Source: Spirogloea muscicola
Taxonomy: Eukaryota
Length of the DNA: 64,000 nucleotides
Reading direction: 5' to 3'
Assembly: GCA_009602725.1 (NCBI GenBank)
Contig: WELB01000001.1
Location: 475,494-539,493 of the forward strand
Both the position numbers and the translations under genes were made by a program. The stretch's first letter is position 1, and the number at the start of each line of letters is the position of its first letter. The notes beneath the pieces were generated by a model. The model made no database searches. It was not told where the DNA came from and worked only from the letters and a program-made list of their open reading frames with translations. Below, piece by piece: positions 1 through 15,240 of this stretch.

Positions 1-1
1 G

Positions 2-184
2 CTGCCACCGCCGCTGCAGCCGGCTGCCGCCGTGGAGGCAGCGGCCGCTGCCGAGGCGGCGGCCTCCACGGAGGCAGCCGCCGCCGATCCGGGGTCTGCG
101 CCTGCGCGCGGCTGCAAGGAGAAGCCAGCGTTTGTGTTCAACGACGGCAACATGGGCATCAGCCACAACTGGCTGTCCTTGTGA
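2..184 (+). CDS. Possible 3' terminal exon of a gene entering from the left edge; unknown product
   Basis: Frame from base 2 is open and GC3-rich: LPPPLQPAAAVEAAAAAEAAAST...KEKPAFVFNDGNMGISHNWLSL*, with TGA at 182-184. No family recognised. Confidence 0.35.
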   Translation: MPPPLQPAAAVEAAAAAEAAASTEAAAADPGSAPARGCKEKPAFVFNDGNMGISHNWLSL

Positions 185-1810
185 GAGCCTGAGCAGGTTG
201 AGACCGCCAGACCCCCAGTGGTCGCGGACGCCATGGCCAGTGGAGCTCCATGCGACCGCCAGCCAGACTTGTGCCTCGCTGTACATTCTTCCCGGATCAG
301 CTACGACGCTCAGACCATCGGATGAGCCAGCGGTCGCGCAACCCATGCATCGGCTGTCCCTCTCTGCTGAGGGTCAACCAACCTCCACTGTGCCAGAATC
401 ACAGCCGTCGCCATTACTTGCTGAGTGCCGATGTCTGCGATGCTGTGGCGCCTGTCCATCCCTGACAGCTTGACTCCACTTTATCGTTTGCTTTCTCCAT
501 GCAACGAGAGCGTCGCCGGCCGGGCCGCCTCCGGCCCATGGCATGTGCCACATTCTCCTTGGATGCCGTAAATGATGTGGATGTCAGCTGGTTTTGGCTT
601 GGGCCTGGAGCTCCTCCTGGCAGCACTACGACCACTACAGTCTTAAGTCTGGCCCCACTCTCAGAATTCAGTCGCTTTTTGGGCCTCAGGCGCTGCTCAT
701 GGCCTGCTCGCCTCTGATGGTGCGGCGGCTTATGCGCGTAGGTAATGAGGTTAGCGATTAGCATTCAGAAGACAGGGTAGGTCATAGCGTGAACAAGAGC
801 AGGAAGGCCACCTGCAGGCCTTCTGTAGCTGCTGCCACGCTGCATCCAGTACGCGGCAAGAGATACATGACTACTAGACCTTCTACAATACTTGTGTGCT
901 GCACCAATCCAATCAGCAATGGATTCAATAGTCAGCGCCGTCATACAAGTGCAGCTGGGCTTTCAGATACACGCAGCGCGGGGATGCACCAATGGCTTTC
1001 TACTAGAAAATGGGCTCTTCGGGCTTCCGGTGGTCACTGCTCTCTGCTCTGAGGCTCTAACAGGAGCAGAAGCTGTCATGGTCCATCCAGAGAGCCGTTT
1101 GGACTCACTGCAGCACCATTCTCCCCGTCTGGGCTTCCGAGGCGGGGCTCTGGCTGGACTTGCCCAGAACTTAGAGAGAGCATTGGGCATGGACCTTAAC
1201 TGTGTGTACCCACATCTGCCGACAAGTTTTGGTAACAGGTGTGCAGCCCGATTAAGAGCAAGTGGACGTGTATGTTGCTTACGTACAAGAATGTTATATA
1301 CAGCAGAGTACCCAAAACAAGTCACACACCAGATTCGTCTGCGTCTCAGACTGAAGCGCAGTGCTGGCATGGTGCCGAGGGGCACCGATCTGGCACGCCG
1401 CACAGGTGTGCAGACTTCTGGTACTTGAGAAAGTCGACCACTAGACATGGCTTCTTGGGCAACAGCACTTAGCTGGCCTCCCTGCCAGATATCAAAGGCC
1501 CCTTCCACATCAGATGCCTCCTCACTTGGTCTTGGCGCGGCTGCCTGCTCTTGGCCTCTAACTGCAAAAGCGGAACACAGAGCAAACGCTCGTCAGCACC
1601 TATGGCAATGGCACTCATCTCTGAGAGCATTCCACAGTGATCGGTAATGCTAATGTCTACATTAAATGGTAACAATTGCGAGCCCCTGTTACTTCTTACC
1701 TGCACACGTCCAGGCATCTACTCCATGTATAGGAAGAAAGCAAAGAGGGGTCTCTCCTGAACCGTCACTGAAGCGAATGATGTCTTGAGCCGATGACCGA
1801 GGAGACATTA

Positions 1811-4800
1811 TCAATAGTGGTGGCGACGTACCCTTTGAAGAACAGGGAGGACGTTCAGTTCCCATTCTTTGGGCCACCTGCGCTCTTCGCCGCTCCTCGC
1901 CGCTCCCTTGGCTAGCGAGCTCAGCAGATTGCACGCACCTGGGAAGCCCCTGAAGACATCCTGCACATGATGGCAGGCACAAGCTGTCCCTCAAAGGTCT
2001 GTATCCAACACATTGGCAATGCATCATGCAATCCAAGTGGTCTCATGTCATACAACAAGCTAAATGATGACAGTCCTACTTCTCATGCTGCTCGAATCCC
2101 TGCTCTCTCTACCAGCACATGTGTCTGCCACTAATCTTTCTTCTGACAGTGGTGTGAACACACCTCCCGTTGCTGCACTCACCAAGAGCTGCTGAGCAAG
2201 CTCAGAGGATGAGGAGAAGAGGAGCCCATTCTGGTGGTTCTGTACAAGCTCTCCAATGCTGTGATTTGAGAAGCAATCTGCGTCAGTGTGGTCAGCAAGC
2301 TCAGGAGGATGACAAGTGCGAGTGTAAATCCTGGGCATTACACCTGGCTTTGATGCCAGAGTTCCCGGGTAATTATGAACCTCATCCAACCCTCGTCAAT
2401 TAGGACCTTAATTTGCAATGTGAGCAGGAAATGCGGCACACCAGGAGTACGCCGCTGCGCAGACTGGCAATCCGCACCCAAACATGTCCACAACCTGAGC
2501 AGCAATGCAGTTGTCAGAGCAGATTGGCGCTGACCCCCAAGCACCTCTTATCAGGCAAGAAGGAGAGCCAATCCATGTCATGCTGACAACGGCCAAGCCG
2601 CGTGGTAGGCAGCATATTGTGCAATCTCTAGCGATGGGCCCCATATTGCACCAAATAAGCGTTGTGAGCGGGTGCAGAGGCTGATGGTGCCTTACGAGCC
2701 TTGACGGCCGTTGCTAGCACATGCTGCACTGACCTTCATGGGAAGGTCCAAGCCAGAGGAAGAGGTGTGCAAGCTAACTCCAAGGTCAGCCGAGCCTGCA
2801 AGCGAAGCAGGCTGAGCTAAGCTCAAGCTTGGCAGGCTCACAGCTGATGACAACCCAGCCGATCCGACCTGCCTGGAACATCTGGGTGTGTTCGTCTTCA
2901 GCGGTCAACAACTCGGTGAAGCTAGTCACCAAGGAGGATGGGGTAGTCTGCAGGAGACAGCCAGAGCGTCCGGAACGCCACTCTCCGCAGCCGCATCTTC
3001 TTGATGCGCTCCTCGTACATGGCCTTCTGAGGGCCCTTCCCTGGCAGCCCGCACAGTCAGCAGTCGACGAGCAATCCTGCCGTCAGAGCTGGCCACAAGA
3101 GCGCCACACCAACACATGCAGCACCAACGACCTGCATTACTTGACATGAGGATGATAATTGAAGCCTAAGCTAAGTCCTAATCATGTCTGTTAATAGTGA
3201 CACGTAACACACCAGTGATGATGAAGAGGAGCCGTGGGAAAGGGCACTTGGGGCCCCCCATGTGTGGGCGTGGGTCCAGGAGCACGCCCCCCTCGTCCTC
3301 CCCTGCCGCAGGGTCCCGCTCGCCAAGCAGCGCCGCGACTCGCCTATCATACATCAGGCCCGCCTCCAGCAGCAGCCCGAAGTCCTCATCACATGTCCTG
3401 GCCACCATGAGTCCCAGAGCAAAGACTGTGTTGACTAGAATTGGAGATAGACCATCCAGCAGTCGCATACTACAGCTAAGAGAGTGGAGATCGTGACTCG
3501 AAGATGATGCCCATGAGCACACCCTCACCAGCTCGTGCTGCTGACAATGACCGCAGGCCGGCCTTCGCGCAGCATCACGTGGCCCTCCTCGATGGCACCG
3601 TTGTCAGCAGTCGCCCCCATGCGCGTCCGTGTTGTGATAAGGCTGTGCTGCACGGTCGGCAGCACGTAGCCGAGGTCCTCAAGCGCGTCCCAGTCCTGAG
3701 CGAGGATTGACGCACCCGGCTCCAGCATGTCTGATGGCTGCTCGACCAGCGCCTTGCCTAGGAGGTCGGCGCCCGCATCCCAGCTGGCGGGCACGCCATT
3801 GTGAGGCACTATTCTTGAGGGGCCCATGCCGCCCGGTCGAGTGCTGCTGCTGCTGCAGCTGCCGCCGTCACTGCCGCACCCGCCTGTTGACAGCACCTCC
3901 GGGGGACTCTCCAGGTCCAAGACATTCGTGCAGCAATCTTGGATGTCGGTTGGCCGAGTCAGCGCCTCGCTCAGGCTGCTGAAAAGCTGTGCGGTGGACA
4001 ACGTGGTCAGCGTCGCACTGCTGCGCGAGATGCTAACCGTGCTCCTTGGATGTTGAGGACCTTCAGTGGGATCTCTCATTCAGAGTGTATGGTCAAGCTC
4101 CAATCTGCAGTTCTGCTGGTCAGGGCCCACCTTATGCGTCTCGGTGAGGCTCGCAGGGTGGAAGTGCGCCGGCGGTTTGTCGTACAAGACTGTCGCGCTG
4201 CGGACGGCAGTGAACACTCTGAAGATCAGCGTCCATAGCTCAAAGCGCAGCCTCGGGCTTGCGAACCTGAACACAAGTAACAGGGCTCTCCATCACCTGC
4301 CTGCGAGGAGCGCCCTACCTGATCCCCCAGTTCTCGGCCAGCTCGTGCTGCATGGCCTTGGTCACGCACAGGTGCGCGTCGGCAAGCCGCCCGTACCGCC
4401 GCTCGTACCTGGCCCCCAACAAAACCCCCCTCCCTCACCTCCTCGCAGCCTCAGTAGCCTCCAATGCAGTCTTGCATTTTGACTCCAATTAGTGAAAGTC
4501 AGTCCTCTGACGAAAGTGCGTTGCAACTGATCCACCTGTGTGTTGCTATCTTATAGAGGTGTACGGGGATGCGTGGTGACCCGCCATGCAATGCCTGGCA
4601 GCAACAGGGGGCAGGCTCACCACCGGTGAATACGAACGAGCACGTGGCGGGGGCCAAGGCGCAGGCCGAGCAACGTGTAGCCGAAGTTGTGCCAGTCAAT
4701 GACCATGGCCGCGCTCCGCAGCCAGCACGCTAGCATCACGACCGTCAGCGTCGGGATAGACGGCGGGTTCTGCCGCGACAGCCACAGCAGGTCGACCGGA

Positions 4801-5805
4801 GGCGCTCCTTCAGGTTTTGACAACAGTAGCTGACACGGCAATGCTGCCATGTATAGCCGACGGCGATTGTTGCCTTTGCAGGCAGAGCATGTACCGGCGA
4901 GCATGCTCGTGGTATGCAACGGCGATCACCTGAAGTACAATGACATCGGGCTTGGCAATGGTCACACATAGAGTCCAGAGCAGCGACGCGAACTGCACGG
5001 CCAGCTTGAGAGGCAGCGCCAGCAGGTAGACGGCCCGGGGGAGCTTTGATGGGAATGGCGCCGCCTGCGACAGCCACATGGGAGGACTGAGATTACAACG
5101 ACGGCGGTGCAGGTGGCAGTGGCTGCGCCGCCACCGACGTGTGGCAAAGAGGGCGGTGCTCCACCAGCAAGTGCAGGCGGATGCTGGGGTGGGCGGCCAG
5201 CGCCATGTGCGGTTCTGCCCCTGCAACGACAGCGGCGTCGGAACTGGGAGCTCAGCTCGCCGCCGCCGCTGTTGGGCTAGTGCTGTGCCTCAGCAGGCTG
5301 CACTTGGAGCACATCTTACGCCGCCAATTGCACGCAAGCACAAGGCGAGCCCCTGGAGAACTGGCTAAGCACAGCGGCGCCGATTGCACAAGACAAGGTG
5401 AGCGAGGGAATGGGCAGCAGAGCCGTCGTGCGGGAATGGCTTTGGATGACAGACCAGCAAAGCCGACGACGTCCACCTCGAGGCCCGCCTGCGGCAAGCG
5501 ACAGAGGCGGCGGCTGAGCTCGGACTCGGTGCGTGCCGGCATGCGACGCGTCGACCCGAAACCCAAAGCCAAATCCCTGAGTCCTTAAACCCTTAAGCCT
5601 AAGCCGTCGGGCCTGGCGGAATTGCGCAGTGTTTCGCAGCACGCTGGCGGCCTCGGCGAGTGGGGAAGCGGAGCCGGCGCAGCGAAGGCGAGCGGACCTG
5701 GTCCGCCAGCGACAGCGCGTGATACTGCATGCGGGGGCTGCGCCCGACGTCGCCCAGCACCACCACCGCGGCCCGCCGCCACGGCCGCCCCGGCGGCGGC
5801 GCGGC
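1811..5805 (-). CDS. ALG1: Chitobiosyldiphosphodolichol beta-1,4-mannosyltransferase (multi-exon; start probably lost at gap n5806)
   Basis: Ordered exonic motifs: [162 protein letters not shown]...[12 protein letters not shown] junctions. Stop placed at 1811-1813, though a further small exon is possible. Confidence 0.95.
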
Positions 5806-6837
5806 NGCGGCCGCCGCGGCCCGGGCGGGGAGCGTGGCTGGCGCGCAAGCTGATCGGCCACAGGGCCTTGGCTCCTGCTCGTGCGGGATTGCCGCGCTAT
5901 AGCTGCTTAAGGAAGGAAGACTTCGTGTATTCGTGTATTTCGTGTGTTTCGTGCTTATGGGTCTCGTCGCGGCGCCGAGCATCCCGTGACCACTCGAGTG
6001 GCGAGCATGCTTGGCACCAGAAAGCTGGTCAAGCCTTAGCTGGTGGCACAAGAGCTTGTCGACTGCCTTCCTTTATTCGGGCATCAGGTAGCGACCTCTA
6101 TGTGCTGATTCGTCGTTACTGAGCGGGTCAGCTTGGCAGCAGTTGATGTACATCTGTATATGTGCTTGCCTTCGTACTTGGCCACACAGGCCCTCCATCA
6201 CTTGATACACATCCATCGCCCTCTACTGGAAGAGTCTGTCTTCTTTTCCAGCTGCAAGTTACTCCGACGATAGACTCTTCCAGTAGAGGGCGATGGCTGT
6301 GATTGGCCAGCCCGGAGAAAAGACCGAAGAGCGACTTGCGGCTCCTGACTCATTGGACCATTGGGTGGTCCAATAGCGAGCGAGAGAGGCACCTGTGCCC
6401 GTCTCGAGTGGCTTGATCTTGTACAACAGACATGCATGGCTTGAGGCTCGATCTTGCTCGAGGCACAACAATCCCATAGTTCGTCTCTGTGGCTTACTTA
6501 TGCTTATTTCGCTTCGCTACACCTGGAGGGCTTTGCTGTAGTACGAGTGGATGGATTGCCCCCCCTTGCCATTCTTGTCCCCAAGCAAACCCAAGTCATG
6601 GTGGGTAAATTTCATTGCTGCTAGATGCAAAACACCACCGTGGCAAACCCCCAAAGCACTCAAACCCATGCAGGCACGACTATCAGGCAAGCAAGTTTGA
6701 GCACGACAAGAGACTGGAAAATGTATTTTATCTGAGCCCGCGCGGCACGAGGCCTGCGATGGGTGCGCAGGCGAAGCTGCACAAGAGAATGGTACAGGTG
6801 CGAGCAGCAGTGCTCGCCAGCGACAGCAGCGGCGCAC

Positions 6838-8925
6838 TCACGGGCACTGGGCGGCAGCCGCAGCCTGGCGCCATGACCGGCAGCACGCCTCAAGGAGCTG
6901 CTGGTCGTCCAGCGCCGTGGCGCCAGGGACGAGGGCGAGAGTGCGGGCCACCTGCACGATTGCCCGCAGCTCACGTGGGCCAAGCATGGCGCCATTGCTG
7001 CCGCCATCGCCGAGCAGCCACGGCGGGAGCTCCACTCCCTCCGGCGGCAGCGGCGGTGCTGCGCTGCTAGCATCAGCCAGCCGCGACGGCCCCCGCCGGA
7101 CGTGGGCTGGACGAGGCACTGCCATGGGCCTGTCTGGCATTGTCGGGCCCCACTCTGAGCCGCCACCATCACGAAGCCCAGCTGCCGGCCACCGCCCCAG
7201 CTTGGATTGCGGGAGCTCATCACAGCACCCAGACTGTCCGCCAATGGTGCTGGCAGGCAGCTCAGCAGTGGTGCGCAGACGCTTGGCGGTGGCGGCAGCA
7301 GCGCTCGCTAGCTGTGCATCCTCCATCGTAGTTGGCGAGCGCCTAGGGCTCCAGCCCTGCCCAAGCTCCAGTGCTGCCGGGCTCTCTGGCAACGACCGGC
7401 GGGTGGCTCGCTCAGCAATGCTGCCGTCTTCGCAGAAGCCGCTACCGCCATTGCCGGGCCGAATGGGTGCCGCCGGCGCAGCCCACGTCCTGGCCTGGGC
7501 CCAAGCCACCGGTGCCTTCCGTGGCGACACATATGGCCTGAATGCAGAGCTCTCTGATGCCTGCAGAATCACGCCGTCCCGCAGCGGTGCTGCAGCTGCC
7601 GATGCTGCAGCAGGAGCCTCCTGCACAGATCCCCGCACTGCCGCCGGCTCCGGCTCTCGCTTCACTGTCAAGGTATGATCACACAAGCGGCCGCAGGTGA
7701 GCAACGCGGCCAAGCATGCCTGACTTGACACACAACAGCAAACCCAAGGTTCCACCTTAATATACCTAGTCTACTTCAACCAGAAATAGCACATTACTTG
7801 CACAACACTGGCTGATGTGACTGAGATTAAGCTGACTCTACTAAGAGCTGAAGAGTGGTGTTGTCTACGGAGAATGTGTGCGCTACCTTGAGGCGTGGTC
7901 ATGCCGAGGCGCAGGTCGGGCTCCACCTGCCCATTTGACATGCGCAGAACGGCTGCTTTGAAACTGCTACTGCCTTTGCTGCCGCCAGGAGAGGCTGGCG
8001 AGGTGGCCATGGCCGCTGCCACTGCCACCGCTGCTGACGCCGCCCTCTTGCCATTGAGGGGGACGAGCTCCCCAGAGAGGCTCTTGCCGAGCAGCATGCC
8101 ACCAGTGGCGCCGAGCAGCGGGCGCGACGTGTCGCGGTACTTGAGAGTCATGCGCAGCATGCCGGCGGGCGTCTCGAGCAGGTTGTCGGAGACGAGGGCG
8201 TAGTCGAGTGGCCTCGGCGGGCTGCCGCGAGCAGCAGCGACCGCAAAGTCGCGGATGGGGATCTTGGCGGCGCCCACGAGCGCGTCGTCTGCCGAGCCGC
8301 GGTTGTGGCTCGCTGCCCACACCTCGCATCGCACGTGGTCCTCGCCCTCCGGCACGCCAACCTGCACGACACGCGAGCCTGCAGCCGTTAGGAGCTCGAC
8401 TCGCTCCAAGATGTTGGGCAGGGGTGGAGGGAAGGTGCAAGGCAGAAGAGATTAATTGGGGGAAAAAGACAAAGACAATAGCTATCGACTGTGAGCATTA
8501 CAGGTACATATTCAAATACAGAGAGGGTATGTATGGACAAGAGGGGAGGAGGATGAGAGGGCGCGTGCCACACGGCAATGGCAAGGCAGCAATGGCAGTG
8601 GCAATGGCCTCAGCGAGAGGCGAGCGCCGGGGGGCTGGGACGAGACCCCGCAGTGACAATCGCACACCTGCAGCTTCTGGTTGAAGATGGGGCTGCTGCC
8701 CCCGCCGCGCACGACGCGCGTGTGCAGCGCCACCGGCGACAGCGGGTCGGTCTCGCCGCACAGGAACTTGGCGTACACGTCCTCGTCCCCGAGCGCCCGG
8801 TCGCCGTGGAGGCCGCTGGCCTGGTGGACATGCACGTCCAGGATTCCGGAGACGCGGCCGCAGCCCGGCGAGCCGTCGCCGCCCGCCCCCGCCGCCGCCG
8901 CCGCCGCTGCCGCTCGGTGAACCAT
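6838..8925 (-). CDS. C2 (calcium-dependent lipid-binding) domain protein of the plant At5g12300/At1g50570-like type, with a long low-complexity C-terminus; about 3 exons
   Basis: gccgccATG start at 8925. GILDVHVHQASGL..EDVYAKF..TRVVRGGGSSPIFNQKLQ, then VRCEVWAASH..DDALVGAAKIPI..YALVSDNLLETPAGMLRMTLKY. The last exon is ORF 6838..7755. Confidence 0.8.
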
Positions 8926-8932
8926 GGCGGCG

Positions 8933-9127
8933 NNNNNNNNNNNNNNNNNNNNNNNNNNNNNNNNNNNNNNNNNNNNNNNNNNNNNNNNNNNNNNNNNNNN
9001 NNNNNNNNNNNNNNNNNNNNNNNNNNNNNNNNNNNNNNNNNNNNNNNNNNNNNNNNNNNNNNNNNNNNNNNNNNNNNNNNNNNNNNNNNNNNNNNNNNNN
9101 NNNNNNNNNNNNNNNNNNNNNNNNNNN
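8933..9127. other. Assembly gap (other gaps: 27386-27584, 42422-42503; single-n placeholders at 5806, 14079, 18753, 33358, 52326)
   Basis: Runs of n in the sequence. Confidence 0.99.
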
Positions 9128-9739
9128 CCGCGGCCGCAGCCGCGCGGCGGGCGCGCGGCGGGCGCAGGTGGAGAGGACGGAGGAGAGAGAGAGAGCGAGA
9201 GAGAGAGGGGAGGCTCTTCCTCCCTCCTCCCTCCCTCCTCCGCCGCCGCCCGTCGCCCCCCCTCCCCCCGCGCTCCTTCCTCGATGCCGCCGGGGCCTTA
9301 ACGCAGATCCCGGCCGGGCCTCCTAACCGCCAACGCAATCCCTAACAGCCTTCTTAACGCGTTTCCTCACAACCTGCCGCCACCCCGCCGGGCCGCTCCT
9401 TGTCCAGCCGGACGCAATCCCCCCGGCGCAGGCCGCAATGACCGCCGGTTAGGAGCCCGCGGTTAGCGGATAACTGCCTCGATAACCGCCGGTTTTGCGC
9501 GCCCGGCCGGCCTGGCCCTTCCGGTCAGTGGCCGTCGCGACGCGCCGCGCGCGCAGAAGCTGCGGCCCCCGGCCCCACGGCCGGCTGACGTCACGCCCCG
9601 CCTCCCCAGCTCCCAACCTTCCCCCCCGCTTACGCACCGCCCCGCTCCACCCTGACGTGCCCGCCCCTCCCTCCCCCTTCTCTGGAAGACAGCTCTCTTT
9701 CTTATCTCCTTCTTCGGCTGCTTCTTCTGCTTCAGCCCT

Positions 9740-11110
9740 TGCTGGGCTGTGAGGGCAAGGGCTGTGAAAAGCCAGCCCGAAAAAGAGTTGAACAAAGGTT
9801 CGAAGGGGCCATAAAGCTTCTTGGACCCATCTCGTCGGGGTTCCTCGTTTCCAGCCGCAAGTCACGACTTGCGGGTGCTGACTCTGGGGGACTACGGGAA
9901 ACAACAGCCCTTGCCCCCCATGGGAGAGCCACTAATCTTCCAAACAACATCGCTTCAAAAATGACCGGTGGCCGTAAGAAGAAAGAAAGAAGACGCCGTA
10001 TGAAGCCAGCCCAAAAGGAATATTCAAGGTCTGAAGGAGCCAGATGGCGCAGAAAGCCAGAGTACTAAGTGCTAAGACGGCAGCAAGGGGGCTCTCAGTA
10101 ACCTCGAGTCAGTAAGTGCAGATCGGAGTAGCCAGCAGGCGGGTAAAGTGAGCTCCGTCAAAGAAAAAGCTCGCCCAACTTGAGAAGGTGGCTGGGAAAG
10201 GCCAGCCCAAACAGTATGGACAAGGTCCACAGAGCCGAAAGCCGAAGGCGCTTAAACCACACAGCTATGCACGAGATCACAGCGGAGCAAGAAATTGCTC
10301 GCCCACAGAGAAGAGGGGCTGGCAGGCGAGCTTAGTAACCCCGGGTTAGAGCAGCAAGTTACTCCGACTTGCTGCTGGAAAAGAGGCACCGCAACGGGGG
10401 CGGGGGCTGGGAATGGCCAGCCCAGAAAGAATGGACAAGGGTTTCTGCAGGCAGGCCGCGCTGCTGCTTCTGCGTTGCAACCTCGCTCGACGCTTTTCTG
10501 ACTGCTAGCTACTTTGACTTGCGGCTGTGGACTTGAGGTTATTGAGCACCCACTTGTCATAGCCACTTTGAATCTGTGAAATTTGCGCATTCGGGCCCCT
10601 TCGGACCTTCTTGAAATCTTTTCGGGCTGGCCTCCTGAAGCCATCGCCCACCTCTGAATGACCTCCTTCTGGTTTGGGCTGGCTTCACACAGACCCTCCG
10701 GAGAAGCCCTCTCTCAGGGCTCTGCCCACCTAACCCCCTCGCTTCATCTCTCTACTTCTGTCGAGATGGGAAGGTTGGCACTCCACTGCTCTCACTGCCC
10801 AGCTCTTGACACTCGCTCAGCCTACGTTCGCCGGCTCGTTCGCTGACCGCCTCTGGCCGCCTCAGTGGAACAAGAAGCTCATCGACGGGGGCGATGGCTG
10901 TGAAGGGCCAGCCAAGGGAAGAATGAAGAGAGGAGCCAATTCTTCCTGGTTGAATTCGTCGACCCTTTCAGGTATACACTTTCCGAGTCCTTGGAACCTT
11001 GTTCATTCTTTTGTGGGCTGGCCTTTCACTGCCATCGCCCCCTATGGAGTTGGTGCTTCTGTCTTTGGGTTTGAGCTTTCACAGCCATTGCCCCCATAGA
11101 GGGAGCTTCT
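9740..11110. mobile_element. Cluster of decayed 3'-end fragments of CRE-like non-LTR retrotransposons, both orientations
   Basis: Repeated GGGCTG(G)..(C)CAGCCC hairpin/3' UTR motifs (about 9759, 10190, 10404, 10624, 10676, 10896, 11015). Minus strand 10095-10145 translates YPPAGYSDLHLLTRGY*, matching the C-terminus of the ORF at 45720. Confidence 0.8.
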
Positions 11111-12120
11111 CTCGGCAGAGCTTCTTCCGGAAGCGCAAGCAGCCCAAGTTTCCCAAGGTTTCCCCAGGATTCCCAGAAACGCTGCAACCCACCCCCCTCG
11201 ATTTTCCTCCCCCGGCATTCTGCAATCATGCTGTACAGCAGCTGCAGAGAAGCAGCTCTTACCGCCACAGGTTGGTACATTGTGAATCGCCAATGACCCC
11301 TTCATTTGTTGAATAAGTTTGGCCCCGGATTTTCTGCACGCATGGCTCAGCAGCCCATGCCATTGCAAGTACTACCATCGCATCTGAATGAGACACTTGC
11401 CTTGCTGTGAAGATGATTTGCCTGCGGGCAATTTCCACTTAGCGACTTGGCAGAGCTAATGGCTGCTCCCTGGCAGCAGGCTCACCCCATGTACTGTACA
11501 GCAGTACCTTCTGGAGGCACCAGACTGAATGAAAGATTGACTGGCAGGCGAGTGCAAAGGTCGATGTAATGATGAGTTGCCTCGAAGGACAAGTCATATA
11601 TATTAGCTTGCCTGAGGCACTAAAGCAAATATGTACAAATGCCATCAACATTGGCAAGGCACTGTGGCCAACAAATTGGGCTACAAGTAATTCTAGCTAA
11701 GGTAAGGTCACACTGTTGGCTTGCTGTATCGGCTGGTCTGAAATGGGGCGAGAAGGCTCACGTGCTTTCTGCAGCATTCAGGAAGACTACTAAATTTCAA
11801 ATGTTATGGCTAATATAAACAAGAACTGCTGATTGACTACTGAAGGTCGGAGGAAGCTCCGACTGTGCTTTCAAATGGCATGTGAGAAAAGGGACCAGGA
11901 GAGGACCCTAGCAAGGGGCGTGCCTTGAGCGCGCTACCTCCGCCCCACTGCAGGAGCAGGAACTTGGCAGGTGGCGCCGGTGGAATTTTCTTGCGAGCTT
12001 CGCAAGGATGGGCAGGGCTGCTGGAGTCTGCCAGTGTGATGCGGCGGTTGGAGCTTCGGCGCGTCCAGATGGAGGTGACCGACTGTACAGAGGGTTGCGG
12101 CCGCAGCCTGAGGCCGCTGC

Positions 12121-14080
<1,960 letters not shown>

Positions 14081-14267
14081 GGCGGCGGGATGGTGGCGGC
14101 GCCTGCGGCGGGGCACTCCTGGCCGGTCCTCCTCGTGACCAACCGCCCTCCCTCCCTCCTCCGCCTCCCTCCTCCTCCCATTGGTCGCTAAGATCCATCG
14201 ATCCGTCAAACAGTCTCTGTCATATCCCCCGGATCCAGTCCAAGCGTCCGTAAAATTCCGGAATACA

Positions 14268-14278
14268 TTTTTGGCGGG
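14268..14278 (+). promoter_or_regulatory. E2F-like site upstream of the AAA ATPase
   Basis: TTTTTGGCGGG matches the TTTSSCGS consensus about 190 bp upstream of the coding start. Function not demonstrated. Confidence 0.3.
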
Positions 14279-15240
14279 TCGTCCCGCCGTGGGAATTGGC
14301 GATCGAAGACGATGGCTCCCACGTGGGGGGGGCGGCTGCCGGGCGCAAGTGTCCGGCCCGCCGACGTCGCGGGCCTCGGCTAACCGGCAGCTATTGTTGA
14401 CTGCTTGTCACGGGGAAATGGCGTGGGGATTGAGCAAGGCAACCGGGGAAGTGTCGCAAATCCTGCTGTTGACCTCTTCTTACCTTTGGATTGCTTTCAC
14501 TCAGAATAGCATACCAAGAAATGGGACAGAAACCACCTCTCAATTAGCCTTGGCGTGCACTCTTGCAGATGTACTCCTGCATTACCTTGCTACTTGGTAA
14601 AGCCCCATCTCCTACTCCGCTCCAAGGGCACCTTGATCTCGAGGAGCTTTCAAACTAACCATTGAAGCCTGGGGTGATAATTGCAGCCCATTTTCTGCTG
14701 GAGGCCCTTGTTTCTCTGCCTCCAGAGTGCTAGTTCTACATGTGTGGCCTTCATAAGGCAAACTCGTGGGTACCCCATTTCACCTGAGATCCATAGTTTA
14801 TCATTTTCCGGCCTTTACCTGAGCTAGCATTCACCTAAGCAAGCCACCATTCCCAACCCACTAGCAGAGATTCCACCAGGAGTGGCAATGGTTGCTCGAG
14901 CACATCATGAAAGCTTGTGTTGACCATTCGCCTCAAGATATTTAGAAACTCTTCACATTCATGAAAGGGAAGTATGCCCAAAGCTTCCTGGACTGCGCCT
15001 CCCCCGTTTGTCATGGACCCTGATTTACTCCCGATGACGCACACTCACCTTGACTTTGAAAAGCAGGCTATGAGCTGACTGAACGCGAGAAGCTGAAACA
15101 GCAGATTGCACAGTGACGGCAATGGAGATAGTTGGCAATGTGTCGATAGAAGAGAGGCTAAGCTTTCCCCATGGCTGGCATTCCCATAAGCCCCAGCCAT
15201 GTACTGCCTGACCAAAATAAGCAGGTCCAGCTACAAAATA

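Noticed and set aside
892..1508. Overlapping 178-aa and 181-aa ORFs
   Set aside because: No recognisable motifs or splice context; probably UTR or intergenic.
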